Notes under the pieces: model-generated
What the model was told of the DNA's origin: nothing
Databases searched by the model: none
What the model saw: the letters and a program-made list of their open reading frames with translations, nothing else
Position numbers and translations under genes: made by a program
Shown: positions 9,876 to 18,842 of the stretch, in pieces
Numbering within the stretch: position 1 is the first letter of the stretch
Layout: every line of letters begins with the position of its first letter
Assembly: GCA_963662435.1 (NCBI GenBank)
Contig: OY759598.1
Location: forward strand, 1,520,507-1,584,506
DNA length: 64,000 nucleotides
Direction: 5' to 3'
Origin: Dehalococcoidia bacterium
Lineage (GTDB): Bacteria > Chloroflexota > Dehalococcoidia > Lucifugimonadales > VXLM01

Positions 9876-10372
9876 GGCCGTCCCTCCTTGCCCAGGCAGA
9901 GCGGGCCGGTCCGAGTGCACTCGATTGCCTCCATCCTTCCGTAGGCCCGCATCGTTTCCGCATCGCCCGTAAACGACTCGGCCTCCACGCGGGTGTCGAA
10001 CCGCCCGAACGGGGCCGTCGGCAGTCCGCGCCGGAAGGCGACTGCGTGGTAGTGGAGGCCGGGCGGGCAACGGCGTAGGAACGGAAGCACGGGGGCGTAC
10101 CTGTCGAAGTACCCCGCCACCGTGAGCGCCATCTCCCGTTCCCCGTCGTCGCCGACGCCCAGGAGCGTTCTGACTATGGGCTCCTCGCAGTCCTCTTCCG
10201 CGTAGGTGGGAGTGTGCATAGCTTCCCGGACGGCGGCGGGAAGCTCGTCCCACCGCTCGCGGCTGAGCTTCAGCCCGCCGTGGCTCGGCGTCGTGACTCT
10301 CAGGACGCCTTCTGCCACTTCCACAACGTCCTTCGTCCAACCCCAGGGTGTGTGCATCGTCGTCGTGACCAT
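9872..10372 (-). CDS. DUF7007-like conserved plasmid/ICE protein
   Basis: TPWG...EGV..V.TPSHGG..LS...YAEEDCE pattern. Confidence 0.65.
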   Translation of the reverse strand: MVTTTMHTPWGWTKDVVEVAEGVLRVTTPSHGGLKLSRERWDELPAAVREAMHTPTYAEEDCEEPIVRTLLGVGDDGEREMALTVAGYFDRYAPVLPFLRRCPPGLHYHAVAFRRGLPTAPFGRFDTRVEAESFTGDAETMRAYGRMEAIECTRTGPLCLGKEGRP

Positions 10373-10466
10373 CGGTCTTCTCCTTCCTTGTCCTGTAGAT
10401 GGAGAGCGAGGCCGCCCCCGTGAGAGATGACCCCGCTCCATTGCGTGTGCCGGTCGCCCAAGCGAA

Positions 10467-11339
10467 CTAGGCAGCCTGCCTCATCTGGTTGAGCTTGGCG
10501 GCGGCGGCCTCCACCAGCGGCTCCAGCTCGTCGGCCGTCAGGTCGTCGATGCTCTTGCCCGTCCGGTTCACGACGGCGGTGCGAACGCCGTCCTCGTCGA
10601 AGCCCTGCTCAACGGCGATCTCGATGAGCCGCTTGCGCAGCTTCTCGGCCTGGGACTTGTCGCGGCGGTTGGCCTGAGACTGGTTGGATCTGCCGTTGGC
10701 CCGAGCGGGCGCGCGCTCGACCTTGGCCGGAGCGATTGCCGGGGCCTGATCTCCGTAGAGACCGTTTCCGAAGCGGTCGCCAAAGCTGCGGAGCGCCCGC
10801 TTCATTCCGTCGGTAACCGATCCCTTGATCGCAGTCTCGTGACCGTCGGCGGTCTCGTCCGTTACGGTGTGAAAGCCTATGTCGGTGCGGGGAGGAGCGC
10901 CCGGGACGGTGACCCGGACCGGGGCCGTGTAGATGTTGACGACCTTCACCTCGCCCGTTTGGGCATCCACCGTCTCGATCTGCCGAAGGGTCACGTTCTC
11001 AACCAGCTCGAATCCCCATCCTCCATAGCCGAAGACCTTGTTGGCCTCGTCGATGGCGGTGTGGCCCTCGATGTAGGAGAAGGTCTTGCCGCCGCGTCCC
11101 TTGCGCCGGGAGACCAGCGCGGGGTCCAGGGGCTGTCCGAGCGCCTTCGTGACGGCGGGCGAGAGCCCGTCCCATAGCAGGTCATGCCCCGCACTCGATG
11201 CGGGGTCGTGCTCGGTGACGATTGCGGAGTCGGGCTTGTGCCCGTTCCCGTTTACCCCGTTTCCAGCACGGGGCAGGCTATGTACGAGGCCGTTGCCGGC
11301 CCCGTTGCGGTTGTGTCCGTTGTTGCTGCCGTTGGACAT
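10467..11339 (-). CDS. Rad52/Rad22-family (Sak-like) ssDNA annealing protein
   Basis: R.G.GG....YIEGH..I..AN.VFGYGGW...A.KGSVTDGMKRALRSFG..FGNGLY. Confidence 0.88.
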   Translation of the reverse strand: MSNGSNNGHNRNGAGNGLVHSLPRAGNGVNGNGHKPDSAIVTEHDPASSAGHDLLWDGLSPAVTKALGQPLDPALVSRRKGRGGKTFSYIEGHTAIDEANKVFGYGGWGFELVENVTLRQIETVDAQTGEVKVVNIYTAPVRVTVPGAPPRTDIGFHTVTDETADGHETAIKGSVTDGMKRALRSFGDRFGNGLYGDQAPAIAPAKVERAPARANGRSNQSQANRRDKSQAEKLRKRLIEIAVEQGFDEDGVRTAVVNRTGKSIDDLTADELEPLVEAAAAKLNQMRQAA

Positions 11340-11542
11340 TTCGTATCTCCTTACCTTGGTGTGGTTCCTGTAGCGAATGAGCGATGCGGTTTCCGCTGGA
11401 GGAAACCGTGTGCGGGCAGAGCCCGACGAACGTTGGGCACAGGCCGTCCCGCAGGGCAAAGCTTGGGGTAAGACCTGTAGGTGGAAAGTGGGGTTGGGGA
11501 AGTGGTAGGCCGCGAAGCCCGGATGAGAGCGGCGAGGAGCCG

Positions 11543-12601
11543 CTATCGGGCTGAGCGGGCGGCCTGCGAGAGCAGGCGAAGGAAGGCGGCGCGACCTTGG
11601 GGGAGGGTGGCGAGCTCGGCCACGTCGCCGATGCCCTGGGGAAGAATGACGGCGGCGGCCCTGCGTCCGAGCAGGGTCATTAGCCGATCCGTCGCCTCCC
11701 GGCCCGCGTCGTCGTTGTCGAAGGCGAGGAAGACGCGGGGGCAGCCCCGCAGGGCCGAGGCGATGCGCTCGCTGCCCTGGGTTCCCAGGGCAGCAACTGC
11801 GGGAAGGCCCCAGCCTGTAAGGAGGAGCCAGTCGAATACCCCCTCGGCCACGACGACCCAGGAGGGTGCAGGACCGAGCCTGCCGAGTCCAAGCACCGGC
11901 TTGGGACCGGGAAGGGCCTGGAACCGCGGCCTCGCGCCCGAGTCCAGAGCCCGGCCCTTGAGCCAGCGGACGAGGCCGCCGGAGAGGTCGGGAACGACCA
12001 CCATTCCGGCGAACCGCTCCGAACCCCGCTCGGTGAACAGCCCGCAGTCCCTGAACCGACCGGCATCGAAGCCGACCGACTCAAGGGCCTGCCCAAGCCC
12101 GTGCCCCGGTGCGAAGCCGAGGCCGAGCCGCACGGCCGCCTCAAGTCCTACGCCACGCGAGGCGAGGTACTCCCGCGCTTCTGAGGAACGCCGGAGTTGA
12201 CCGGCGTAGAAGCGCGCCGCCGCCGTCAGCAGGGTGGGGTCGCGCGGTGGCAGCAGTGCTGCCTTTGGACGCCGCGTGGGGACCGGACGAGGAGCCGTCT
12301 CGGAAACCGGCCTATGGCCGCCCACGTCAAGACGCCGGATCGCTTCCGGCAATGTGAGACCCTCGATCCGCTGCACGAAATCAAGCACGTCCCCTCCGAG
12401 GCCGCAGCCGAAGCAATACCATCGCTCACTATCGCCATAGGCAGTGAAGGAGCCCTCGGACTCTTCGTGGAAGGGGCAGACGCCCTGGCGGACCCGGCCC
12501 CTTCCTTTCAACTTCAGGCCTGCTGACTCCACCACGTCAGCGAGCGGGTGTCGCGCCTTCAGCGCGGGGATGTCAACCGTCGCATTGGCCGAGACCATCA
12601 C
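11543..12601 (-). CDS. DnaG-type primase (CHC2 zinc finger + Toprim)
   Basis: CPFHEE...WYCFGC; VAEGVFD; AFDNDDAG. Confidence 0.9.
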   Translation of the reverse strand: MMVSANATVDIPALKARHPLADVVESAGLKLKGRGRVRQGVCPFHEESEGSFTAYGDSERWYCFGCGLGGDVLDFVQRIEGLTLPEAIRRLDVGGHRPVSETAPRPVPTRRPKAALLPPRDPTLLTAAARFYAGQLRRSSEAREYLASRGVGLEAAVRLGLGFAPGHGLGQALESVGFDAGRFRDCGLFTERGSERFAGMVVVPDLSGGLVRWLKGRALDSGARPRFQALPGPKPVLGLGRLGPAPSWVVVAEGVFDWLLLTGWGLPAVAALGTQGSERIASALRGCPRVFLAFDNDDAGREATDRLMTLLGRRAAAVILPQGIGDVAELATLPQGRAAFLRLLSQAARSAR

Positions 12602-13065
12602 GCTCCTCCGGCGAGGGGCCGGAGCCCGCGCAGGCTGCGGGCCGAGACGACCTTGCCGGGCCGCCAGCGCATCCCCAGGACTGCAGCGACCTCCAGCATC
12701 CCATCGCGGTGGGGCACAAGAGCGGCCGCCCGCCCGGTGCCTTGGCTGTAGACCAACGCTTCACGGTCACCGAACCTCCGCTTCACCAGCTGTTTCCACT
12801 CAGTGAAGGCCCACCGCGCCTGGTTCGTCTCCGCACTCGCCGTGTCCACCTCGGCGAGGAGCGCCAAGGCCCCGTCGATGTCCCCCGCCTGCCGGAGTCT
12901 CCGCGCCTCGTGGATCGAGCGCGCCGCGCCCGTCTCCGCCGTCTCCGTCTCGTCCGCGAACAAGGCCTCGAACACCCCCTCGACCAGCTCTTCGAGGCTC
13001 CGCCGGCCCCTCACTGCCACCGTATCCATCGTCCGTCCGTGTGTCGTCATGGTTGCCGTCGTCAT
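12598..13065 (-). CDS. Hypothetical protein
   Basis: RBS AAAGGAG; GTGA overlap with the primase. Confidence 0.65.
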   Translation of the reverse strand: MTTATMTTHGRTMDTVAVRGRRSLEELVEGVFEALFADETETAETGAARSIHEARRLRQAGDIDGALALLAEVDTASAETNQARWAFTEWKQLVKRRFGDREALVYSQGTGRAAALVPHRDGMLEVAAVLGMRWRPGKVVSARSLRGLRPLAGGA

Positions 13066-13104
13066 CGTTCTCTCTCCTTTGTGAGAATTTCTGAAGTGCC
13101 TGAT

Positions 13105-13278
13105 TCACAGCAGCAGCGGCGCGAGCATGAGCGTCAGCGTTGCCACCGCCATAAACTCCGATCTGTGCGCGCCCAGCCAGCGAACGGGTCGAACCGCCGC
13201 CCTCACGCCCCTCGAACTCGCGCTCGCCAGGCGTCGAGCGATGAGCGGCCTCCATTCGACCCGTCTACCGATCTCCAT
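13105..13278 (-). CDS. Small putative membrane protein (57 aa, MEIGRRVEW...LMLAPLLL)
   Basis: Translated by hand; RBS GGAGGAGG; hydrophobic C-terminus; too short for the ORF track. Confidence 0.5.
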   Translation of the reverse strand: MEIGRRVEWRPLIARRLASASSRGVRAAVRPVRWLGAHRSEFMAVATLTLMLAPLLL

Positions 13279-13495
13279 TCGTCCTCCTCCTTCCGAACTT
13301 TGCGAGCCGCCTGAACAGCAGCCACGCGACGCCGAGTCCCACCGCGTTCAGCGCGAAGACCTCTCCGTCCCCGGTGAGCGCCAGCGGCACAACTAGCAAC
13401 AGCGCCACGACGACCGCGACCACTAACTTTCGGCGCCTCACTACGATCCCGACGACCGCTTCAATGACCTGCCTAACCCGTCTCAAAACGTGCAT
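13265..13495 (-). CDS. Small two-TM membrane protein; first gene of the minus-strand operon
   Basis: RBS AAGGAGGTG; two hydrophobic stretches. Confidence 0.6.
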   Translation of the reverse strand: MHVLRRVRQVIEAVVGIVVRRRKLVVAVVVALLLVVPLALTGDGEVFALNAVGLGVAWLLFRRLAKFGRRRTNGDR

Positions 13496-13933
13496 ATCTT
13501 CACCTCCTTCATTGCCTGCCCCGCGCGGCATCCGAAGCGCAGGGAACCTTGTGTTGTGCTGCCATTACCATTGCGCAGCACCGCTCGACGGATGCCATCG
13601 AACGCGGGCGCGTGGAAAATGCGTCGACCGCAACGGGGGAGTCGCGGGACGGCTCGAGGGGAAAAGGGCGCAGCTTGCCCTGGGGTCATGGGGATACGCC
13701 AGGGGGCTGCGACGGGGGAAATGCGAACCGACCTAGTGCCGACCGCAAGACGAAAGAGTTGAAGGGAAAGGTGACGCAGACCACCAGAGTCGAGGTGTTC
13801 GATCTGAGGAGCTGCGTCGAAGGGGGAGCGGCCAGACTGCGACGTCATCATCACGGACTGGCGCGTGTAAGAAGCCTGCGTCTAGGCCATCAGAAGCTGT
13901 TCAGCAGGCATGAGGAACCAGACGGAGCGGCAG

Positions 13934-14201
13934 ACGCACTCCGACCAAATGGCCCAATCGTCAAAGCGGCGTGCGCTCCGACGACCGGACTTTCCTCGGT
14001 GGACGCAGTGCGGAACGCACTCCGACCAGAACCAGCCCCGACCTTCGAAGCGGCGTTCGGGGGAGCATGGCTCGACCCTTTACCACCGCCTCACGCTGCG
14101 GGAAGCATTTCGTCTCTCGAGGACCGCCTTCGGGGGAGCAAGGCTCAACCCTTCGGGTCGTCCGACTTGGGAGATCGTTCAAGGAGCAAAGCTCGACCCT
14201 T
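13934..14201. repeat. Iteron-like direct repeats in a ~1-kb non-coding region
   Basis: ACGCACTCCGACCA at 13934 and 14015; TTC..GGAGCA..GCTC(G/A)ACCCTT at 14056, 14129 and 14178. Confidence 0.7.
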
Positions 14202-14494
14202 CACGAAAAATCCCGGGTTCAGAGACGGAACCCCCAGGTTTCTAGGGCGGGAAACACTGGAAAAGCCTGACAGTGCAACCAGTATTGCCGGACCACGAAC
14301 CCGAATGGAATGCCTTAAGCGTCCCACCGCCAAAAGTGTTCACTTTGGATTAACAAATCTTCCACAAAAATTTTGTCGGAGACCAAACCCCAAAACCTTG
14401 GTCCATTTGGCGAAGGCAAAAGTCAGGGGTTCTGCCTCCCTTCGCCGCCCACTCGTCTGGTACCATTCACGCAATCCGAGGGAGGACTTTACGA

Positions 14495-15469
14495 ATGAAT
14501 CAGCAAGGTATCGGCAAGATTGAGAAAGTCACCATCACCAATGTCTGGCCCCACGAGGCCAACGACTTCACCCCCTGGCTAGCAGACAATCTCGGATTGC
14601 TTGGGGAAGAGCTTGGGATGGAACTGGAGTTGGAGGGGACGGAAGTACCTGTCGGGAACTTCTCGCTCGACATTCTTGCCAGAGACAACAAGAGCGAAGC
14701 AGTGGTGGCTATCGAGAACCAGATCGCTGGCACTGACCATACCCACCTCGGCCAGCTACTGACGTATTCGGCGGGCAGGAACGCAGGGATCGTGGTATGG
14801 ATAGCCACCGAGTTCCGCGACGAACACAGGGCGGCGCTGGACTGGCTCAACGAGGGGACCAGAGACTCGCTGAATTTCTTCGGCGTCGAAGTCCAAGCGG
14901 TGAGAATCGGCGATTCGCTTCCAGCCCCGCTCTTCCGCCTCGCGGCCGCTCCCAACACGTGGTCGAAAGACGTCAAGGAGAGCGAAGCAGAGGTGACGCC
15001 AACGCAGGAGAAATACATTCGATTCTGGAGACCCATCTTGGAGGAACTGCGCCGAACGCACGGGTGGAATATTGGGACACAGAACAAGTACTCCTCGTAT
15101 GAAGCTGGTGGCGGTTTGGGCTCCGCCAGCTTCGGGCGTACCATGCGGCTCACGTGGGAGGGCGAGGCCCGTGTGGAACTGGCGATCAAGAGTCCGGACA
15201 AAGAATGGAACGAAGCTGCGTTCGATCTGCTCATGGAGTCGAAGTCGCAGATCGAAGATGAACTCGGTTCGATGAAATGGGAACGCCTGGACGATGCAAA
15301 AATGAGCAGGGTGGTGGTGTCTCGACCAGGGCATATCGACAACTCGGATGAGGAGTTGGACGAGATCAGAACCTGGATGATCGAACACGTCACCAGGTTC
15401 CCGGGCACGTTCAAGCCCCACTTGGAGGCTGTGCTGGAAAGGATGCAGGAGAACGGCCAGACAACCTAA
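14495..15469 (+). CDS. NucS/EndoMS-like PD-(D/E)xK endonuclease fused to a DUF4268-like domain; possible defence gene
   Basis: W.HEA.DFTPWL, SLDILA, VAIENQ, DHTHLGQLLTY; RBS GGGAGG. Confidence 0.78.
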   Translation: MNQQGIGKIEKVTITNVWPHEANDFTPWLADNLGLLGEELGMELELEGTEVPVGNFSLDILARDNKSEAVVAIENQIAGTDHTHLGQLLTYSAGRNAGIVVWIATEFRDEHRAALDWLNEGTRDSLNFFGVEVQAVRIGDSLPAPLFRLAAAPNTWSKDVKESEAEVTPTQEKYIRFWRPILEELRRTHGWNIGTQNKYSSYEAGGGLGSASFGRTMRLTWEGEARVELAIKSPDKEWNEAAFDLLMESKSQIEDELGSMKWERLDDAKMSRVVVSRPGHIDNSDEELDEIRTWMIEHVTRFPGTFKPHLEAVLERMQENGQTT

Positions 15470-15568
15470 GCGCAACCGTTTTTTGCTACGAATCGGACTA
15501 AGCGAGGGGCTGATGCCCAGACAGTCCTACTTTGGACTATTCGCAGATACGCAACTGAGAGACTGCCG

Positions 15569-16402
15569 CTATTCCCTCCACAGTCCGAAGGTCAGCAAAC
15601 GCCGTACGCGGCCCAGCACCTCCAGCCTTCCTCGCTCCCTTCGCAAGTCGTCCAGAGTCTTCATCCGCCAACCCAGATGGACTCTCTTCTCCGACAGGTG
15701 CATCGGTGAGTTCGCTGGCGGCAGCGTCAGGCCTTGCTCGTCGATCATTGCAATCTCGAGCTCCATGATCCGTTCCCTCGTCCTTGCGCGGTCGAGCTTC
15801 GTGCCAACCTCGCGCCGCACCTCCAACGTCCGCCACTCGTTCACCAGGGTCCACGCATCGCCGTAGACCTCCTCGTCGTCCTGGGCAGGCTCACGGGTCA
15901 CCAGTTCGGGATATTCTCGCCTTGACTCGATCACCGTGCCACGTCGCCCGCGTCCGCCGGGGGCTAACGCATCGCTCCCGCCATCTCTAGTAACTCCCAC
16001 GTGCCTGATCAGACGCTCGACCAGACGCGTCGTCCGAGCGTGCTCCTTGCCCAGCGTCTGGACATCACCCCGTACTGCTTCGACAGCTCCTCTCATCTCC
16101 TCCTCGAACGCTTCCAGCCGTCGACGCAACTCCTCTTGGTCCCGCCGCTCCCGTGACTCTGACGTACAGTCCCCTTCCACCAGGGCTCGCTCCAACGCCT
16201 CGCGCGCCCTGCCCGACAGGACTCCCGACCTCACGCTTGCAGCCACGGTTCTTCGGTCTATCCCCAACATTCTTGCCGCGCCCTTGTTTCCTCTGTCCCG
16301 CACCAACTCATTGAGTAGCGACATGAGCCGCAGATGGTGAACGTCTGCCACGTATCTGCTCTTTTGCACCAATTTCCTCCGATTTTCCGGCTCTTTTGTC
16401 AA
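15569..16402 (-). CDS. HTH/coiled-coil hypothetical protein
   Basis: GNKGAARMLGIDRRTVA HTH-like segment and charged helices; start codon uncertain (TTG). Confidence 0.6.
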   Translation of the reverse strand: MTKEPENRRKLVQKSRYVADVHHLRLMSLLNELVRDRGNKGAARMLGIDRRTVAASVRSGVLSGRAREALERALVEGDCTSESRERRDQEELRRRLEAFEEEMRGAVEAVRGDVQTLGKEHARTTRLVERLIRHVGVTRDGGSDALAPGGRGRRGTVIESRREYPELVTREPAQDDEEVYGDAWTLVNEWRTLEVRREVGTKLDRARTRERIMELEIAMIDEQGLTLPPANSPMHLSEKRVHLGWRMKTLDDLRRERGRLEVLGRVRRLLTFGLWRE

Positions 16403-16452
16403 AGCGGGGAGAAACCTCCAGCTACGGCTCTTGCGCCCAGGCCCCGTTCTTT

Positions 16453-16556
16453 CAGGGGTACAAGATGCACTTTCCAGGTATGCCCAATGTACCCGCCCTC
16501 ATCGTGGGCAGGGGTACAAGATGTACTTTCCAGCTACGCCCGATGTACCCCCCGTC
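16453..16556. repeat. Tandem 48-bp repeat (period 56), each unit bounded by GGGTACA...TGTACCC
   Basis: caggggtacaagatg(c/t)actttccag(g/c)ta(t/c)gccc(a/g)atgtaccc at 16453 and 16509. Confidence 0.8.
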
Positions 16557-16720
16557 CGGAACGGGGACTCAAGTCCGGCTGTTCACTTTTTCCTGTAGGG
16601 GGAAGCCTTCCGCGCCTGCGCCGCCGCGTTCCCGTCCCATCACGCCTTCTCACAAAAAGCTCGATTCTCTGTACACGGTAATGACACCACAGGAGACCCC
16701 GTCCGGTGAATGCCTCGTAG

Positions 16721-16740
16721 GGCGTACACGCGTGTACGCC
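16721..16740. promoter_or_regulatory. Perfect 20-bp palindrome upstream of the transfer operon (operator or oriT hairpin candidate)
   Basis: GGCGTACACGCGTGTACGCC equals its own reverse complement. Confidence 0.5.
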
Positions 16741-16834
16741 TCACAGGGCATTACGGCGGGAGATTTCATCGTTCACACTCGTTTGCCGGAGCGTCGGCAG
16801 ATGGTGACGGCGCGGAACGCAGGGAGGCCGCTAC

Positions 16835-17440
16835 ATGGCGCTGCAATCGAGAACAAACACCGGACGCACGAGGCGGCTTGCACCTCTTCTCGTGTCGCTG
16901 CTTCTGTCGACGCTCCTGTTCGTCGCGTCCGTTGGAACGCTCGTGGCTCAGGGGTCCGGCGTCTCGCTGGTCAACGAGAGCGCGAGGTTCGTCGAGCGCA
17001 ACAAGGAGGGTGGATTCGTCGCCCGCCCGGTGTTCGACCGGCCTCTGGCCTTCCTCGCCTACGCCGTTCGCGACCCCGACACCGGCGAGTGGCTCACCGG
17101 CGTCACGCAGGTGCACGGAGGCGAGAAGAGGCTGAGCCACGGCTGGGAGCGGTCGTGGGAGTACCCCGGCCACGACGACCAGCCTGAGCTCGACCCCGAG
17201 CGCGTCTACGTGCTCTTCATGATGGCGGCGGAGACGACCCCCGGCGAGCCTGACCGCTTCCACGTCGTGATCCCGGCCCACGAGCCGACCGGCCTGTGGG
17301 ACCGGGTGATCGGAGCCTTCGACCCCTCGCGCTGGGCGCGGGCCTTCGCCCGCTGGGTGATCGAGGGAGTGCACGGGACGCTGTGCGGCGTCGTGGAGAA
17401 GGCGAGCGGCGCGAACGCCGACGAGTGCCGGGGAGGCTAG
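16835..17440 (+). CDS. Exported/membrane protein, first gene of the transfer operon
   Basis: N-terminal signal/TM segment; RBS GGGAGG. Confidence 0.7.
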   Translation: MALQSRTNTGRTRRLAPLLVSLLLSTLLFVASVGTLVAQGSGVSLVNESARFVERNKEGGFVARPVFDRPLAFLAYAVRDPDTGEWLTGVTQVHGGEKRLSHGWERSWEYPGHDDQPELDPERVYVLFMMAAETTPGEPDRFHVVIPAHEPTGLWDRVIGAFDPSRWARAFARWVIEGVHGTLCGVVEKASGANADECRGG

Positions 17441-17443
17441 GCC

Positions 17444-18421
17444 ATGAGCGACATCCTCACCGGGACTCCCGCGGATCTGACCTACGCCAACGAACTGGTG
17501 CGTCAGGCGTGGACGGTCGTGTGGGCCGTCACGTCCGGAGCGCTGGTCGTGATCGTCGGCTGGATGGGGCTGAGTCTCATCATGAGCGAGCACGTGGGAG
17601 GCCGCAGCGCCGGATGGCGTGAGATGTTTCCCCGGCTCGTGCTGGGGCTGGTGGCGGCAGCCACGTCCCTATGGTGGTGCTCCCTGGTGATCGAGGTCGC
17701 GGCGGGGGTGTCGGGATTCGTGGCGGAGTCGCTCGAGGTAAACCCCGGCGACCTGCTCAGGGCTCCGCTGCAAACGCTGCTCACGGCCGTCGAGTCTGGG
17801 AGCGTCGGAATGGCGCAGCTCATGGCCCTGCTCTACCTGGTCTACGGGTTCTTCGTGCTCTACGTCCTGGTGCAGATGATCGTGCGCCTCGCGCTGATCG
17901 ACCTGCTACTGGCCCTCGCGCCGATTGCGCTAGGCCTCTGGATATTGCCGCACACGGCGGGCTGGGGCAGGCAGTGGCTGCGGATGTTCATGACGACGGT
18001 CTTCCAGCAGGCCGTGCAGCTCATCGCTCTCGCGCTGGGATTCGGATTCCTGGAGCAGTTCGCCGAGATTGCGGCCTTCGAGCCGGTGCAGGACCTGATC
18101 TGGAAGCTCCTGATGTCGCTGGCGTTCGTCTACCTGGCGACGCGGGTGCCGTCGATGCTCGGACAGGCGGGCACCTTCGACGCGTGGCTGAGCACGCTCT
18201 ACTTCGGCATGTCTCTGCCGGGATCGATGATGCGGTCGATGAAGTCGGTCGGACTGATCGCCGGAGGAGCGGCAGCGGGACCGGGTGGGATGGCGGTTGG
18301 AGCGGTGGCTGCGACCGCGGGCGTCTCGGCGGTTGCGGGCACGGTCAACTCGGCGGCCTCGATGGCTACCCCGTCAGCCGGAGGAGGCGGTACAGGAGCG
18401 CCGAGGAGCGGCGGCGAGTAG
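17444..18421 (+). CDS. VirB6/TrbL-like polytopic T4SS membrane protein
   Basis: Multiple TMs, R...I.LL..LAPIA...W.LP.T pattern, Gly/Ala-rich tail; operon context. Confidence 0.75.
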   Translation: MSDILTGTPADLTYANELVRQAWTVVWAVTSGALVVIVGWMGLSLIMSEHVGGRSAGWREMFPRLVLGLVAAATSLWWCSLVIEVAAGVSGFVAESLEVNPGDLLRAPLQTLLTAVESGSVGMAQLMALLYLVYGFFVLYVLVQMIVRLALIDLLLALAPIALGLWILPHTAGWGRQWLRMFMTTVFQQAVQLIALALGFGFLEQFAEIAAFEPVQDLIWKLLMSLAFVYLATRVPSMLGQAGTFDAWLSTLYFGMSLPGSMMRSMKSVGLIAGGAAAGPGGMAVGAVAATAGVSAVAGTVNSAASMATPSAGGGGTGAPRSGGE

Positions 18422-18498
18422 CGCAAGGGGACCAACAGCACGAGACCGAAAGTCCAGGCGAGAACATCGTCCGGTATCGAGAGGAGAAGAAAAACGAA

Positions 18499-18819
18499 AT
18501 GGAACAGATCACGCAGACGATTTCGAACCTGGTGGGCATGCTCCTAGGGGCGGTCGGGGCAGTGGGCGTCGGGTTTTTCGTATACGGGGCCTACCTCTAT
18601 CTGACGGCGAGCGGAGCTCCGCACCAGATGGAGCGGGGCAAGAGCGCCATGATGACAGCGATCGCGGGCGTGGTGCTTGCGATGCTGGCCTACGGCGTCA
18701 TCGAGCTGGTGATGAACGCCGTGGTCGATCCGGCGGTCGAGGTCGAGCTGCCGCAGCCCACGCAGGAAGATTCCGGTGGTGAGAGCGGTGATGCCGGCGA
18801 AGGTGAAAGTACCAGCTAA
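18499..18819 (+). CDS. VirB2/TrbC-like pilin
   Basis: Two TMs flanking GAYLYLTASG.P.QME.GK.AM..AI.G; RBS GAGGAG. Confidence 0.75.
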   Translation: MEQITQTISNLVGMLLGAVGAVGVGFFVYGAYLYLTASGAPHQMERGKSAMMTAIAGVVLAMLAYGVIELVMNAVVDPAVEVELPQPTQEDSGGESGDAGEGESTS

Positions 18820-18842
18820 GCGGACTGAAAGGAGAAAAAAGA

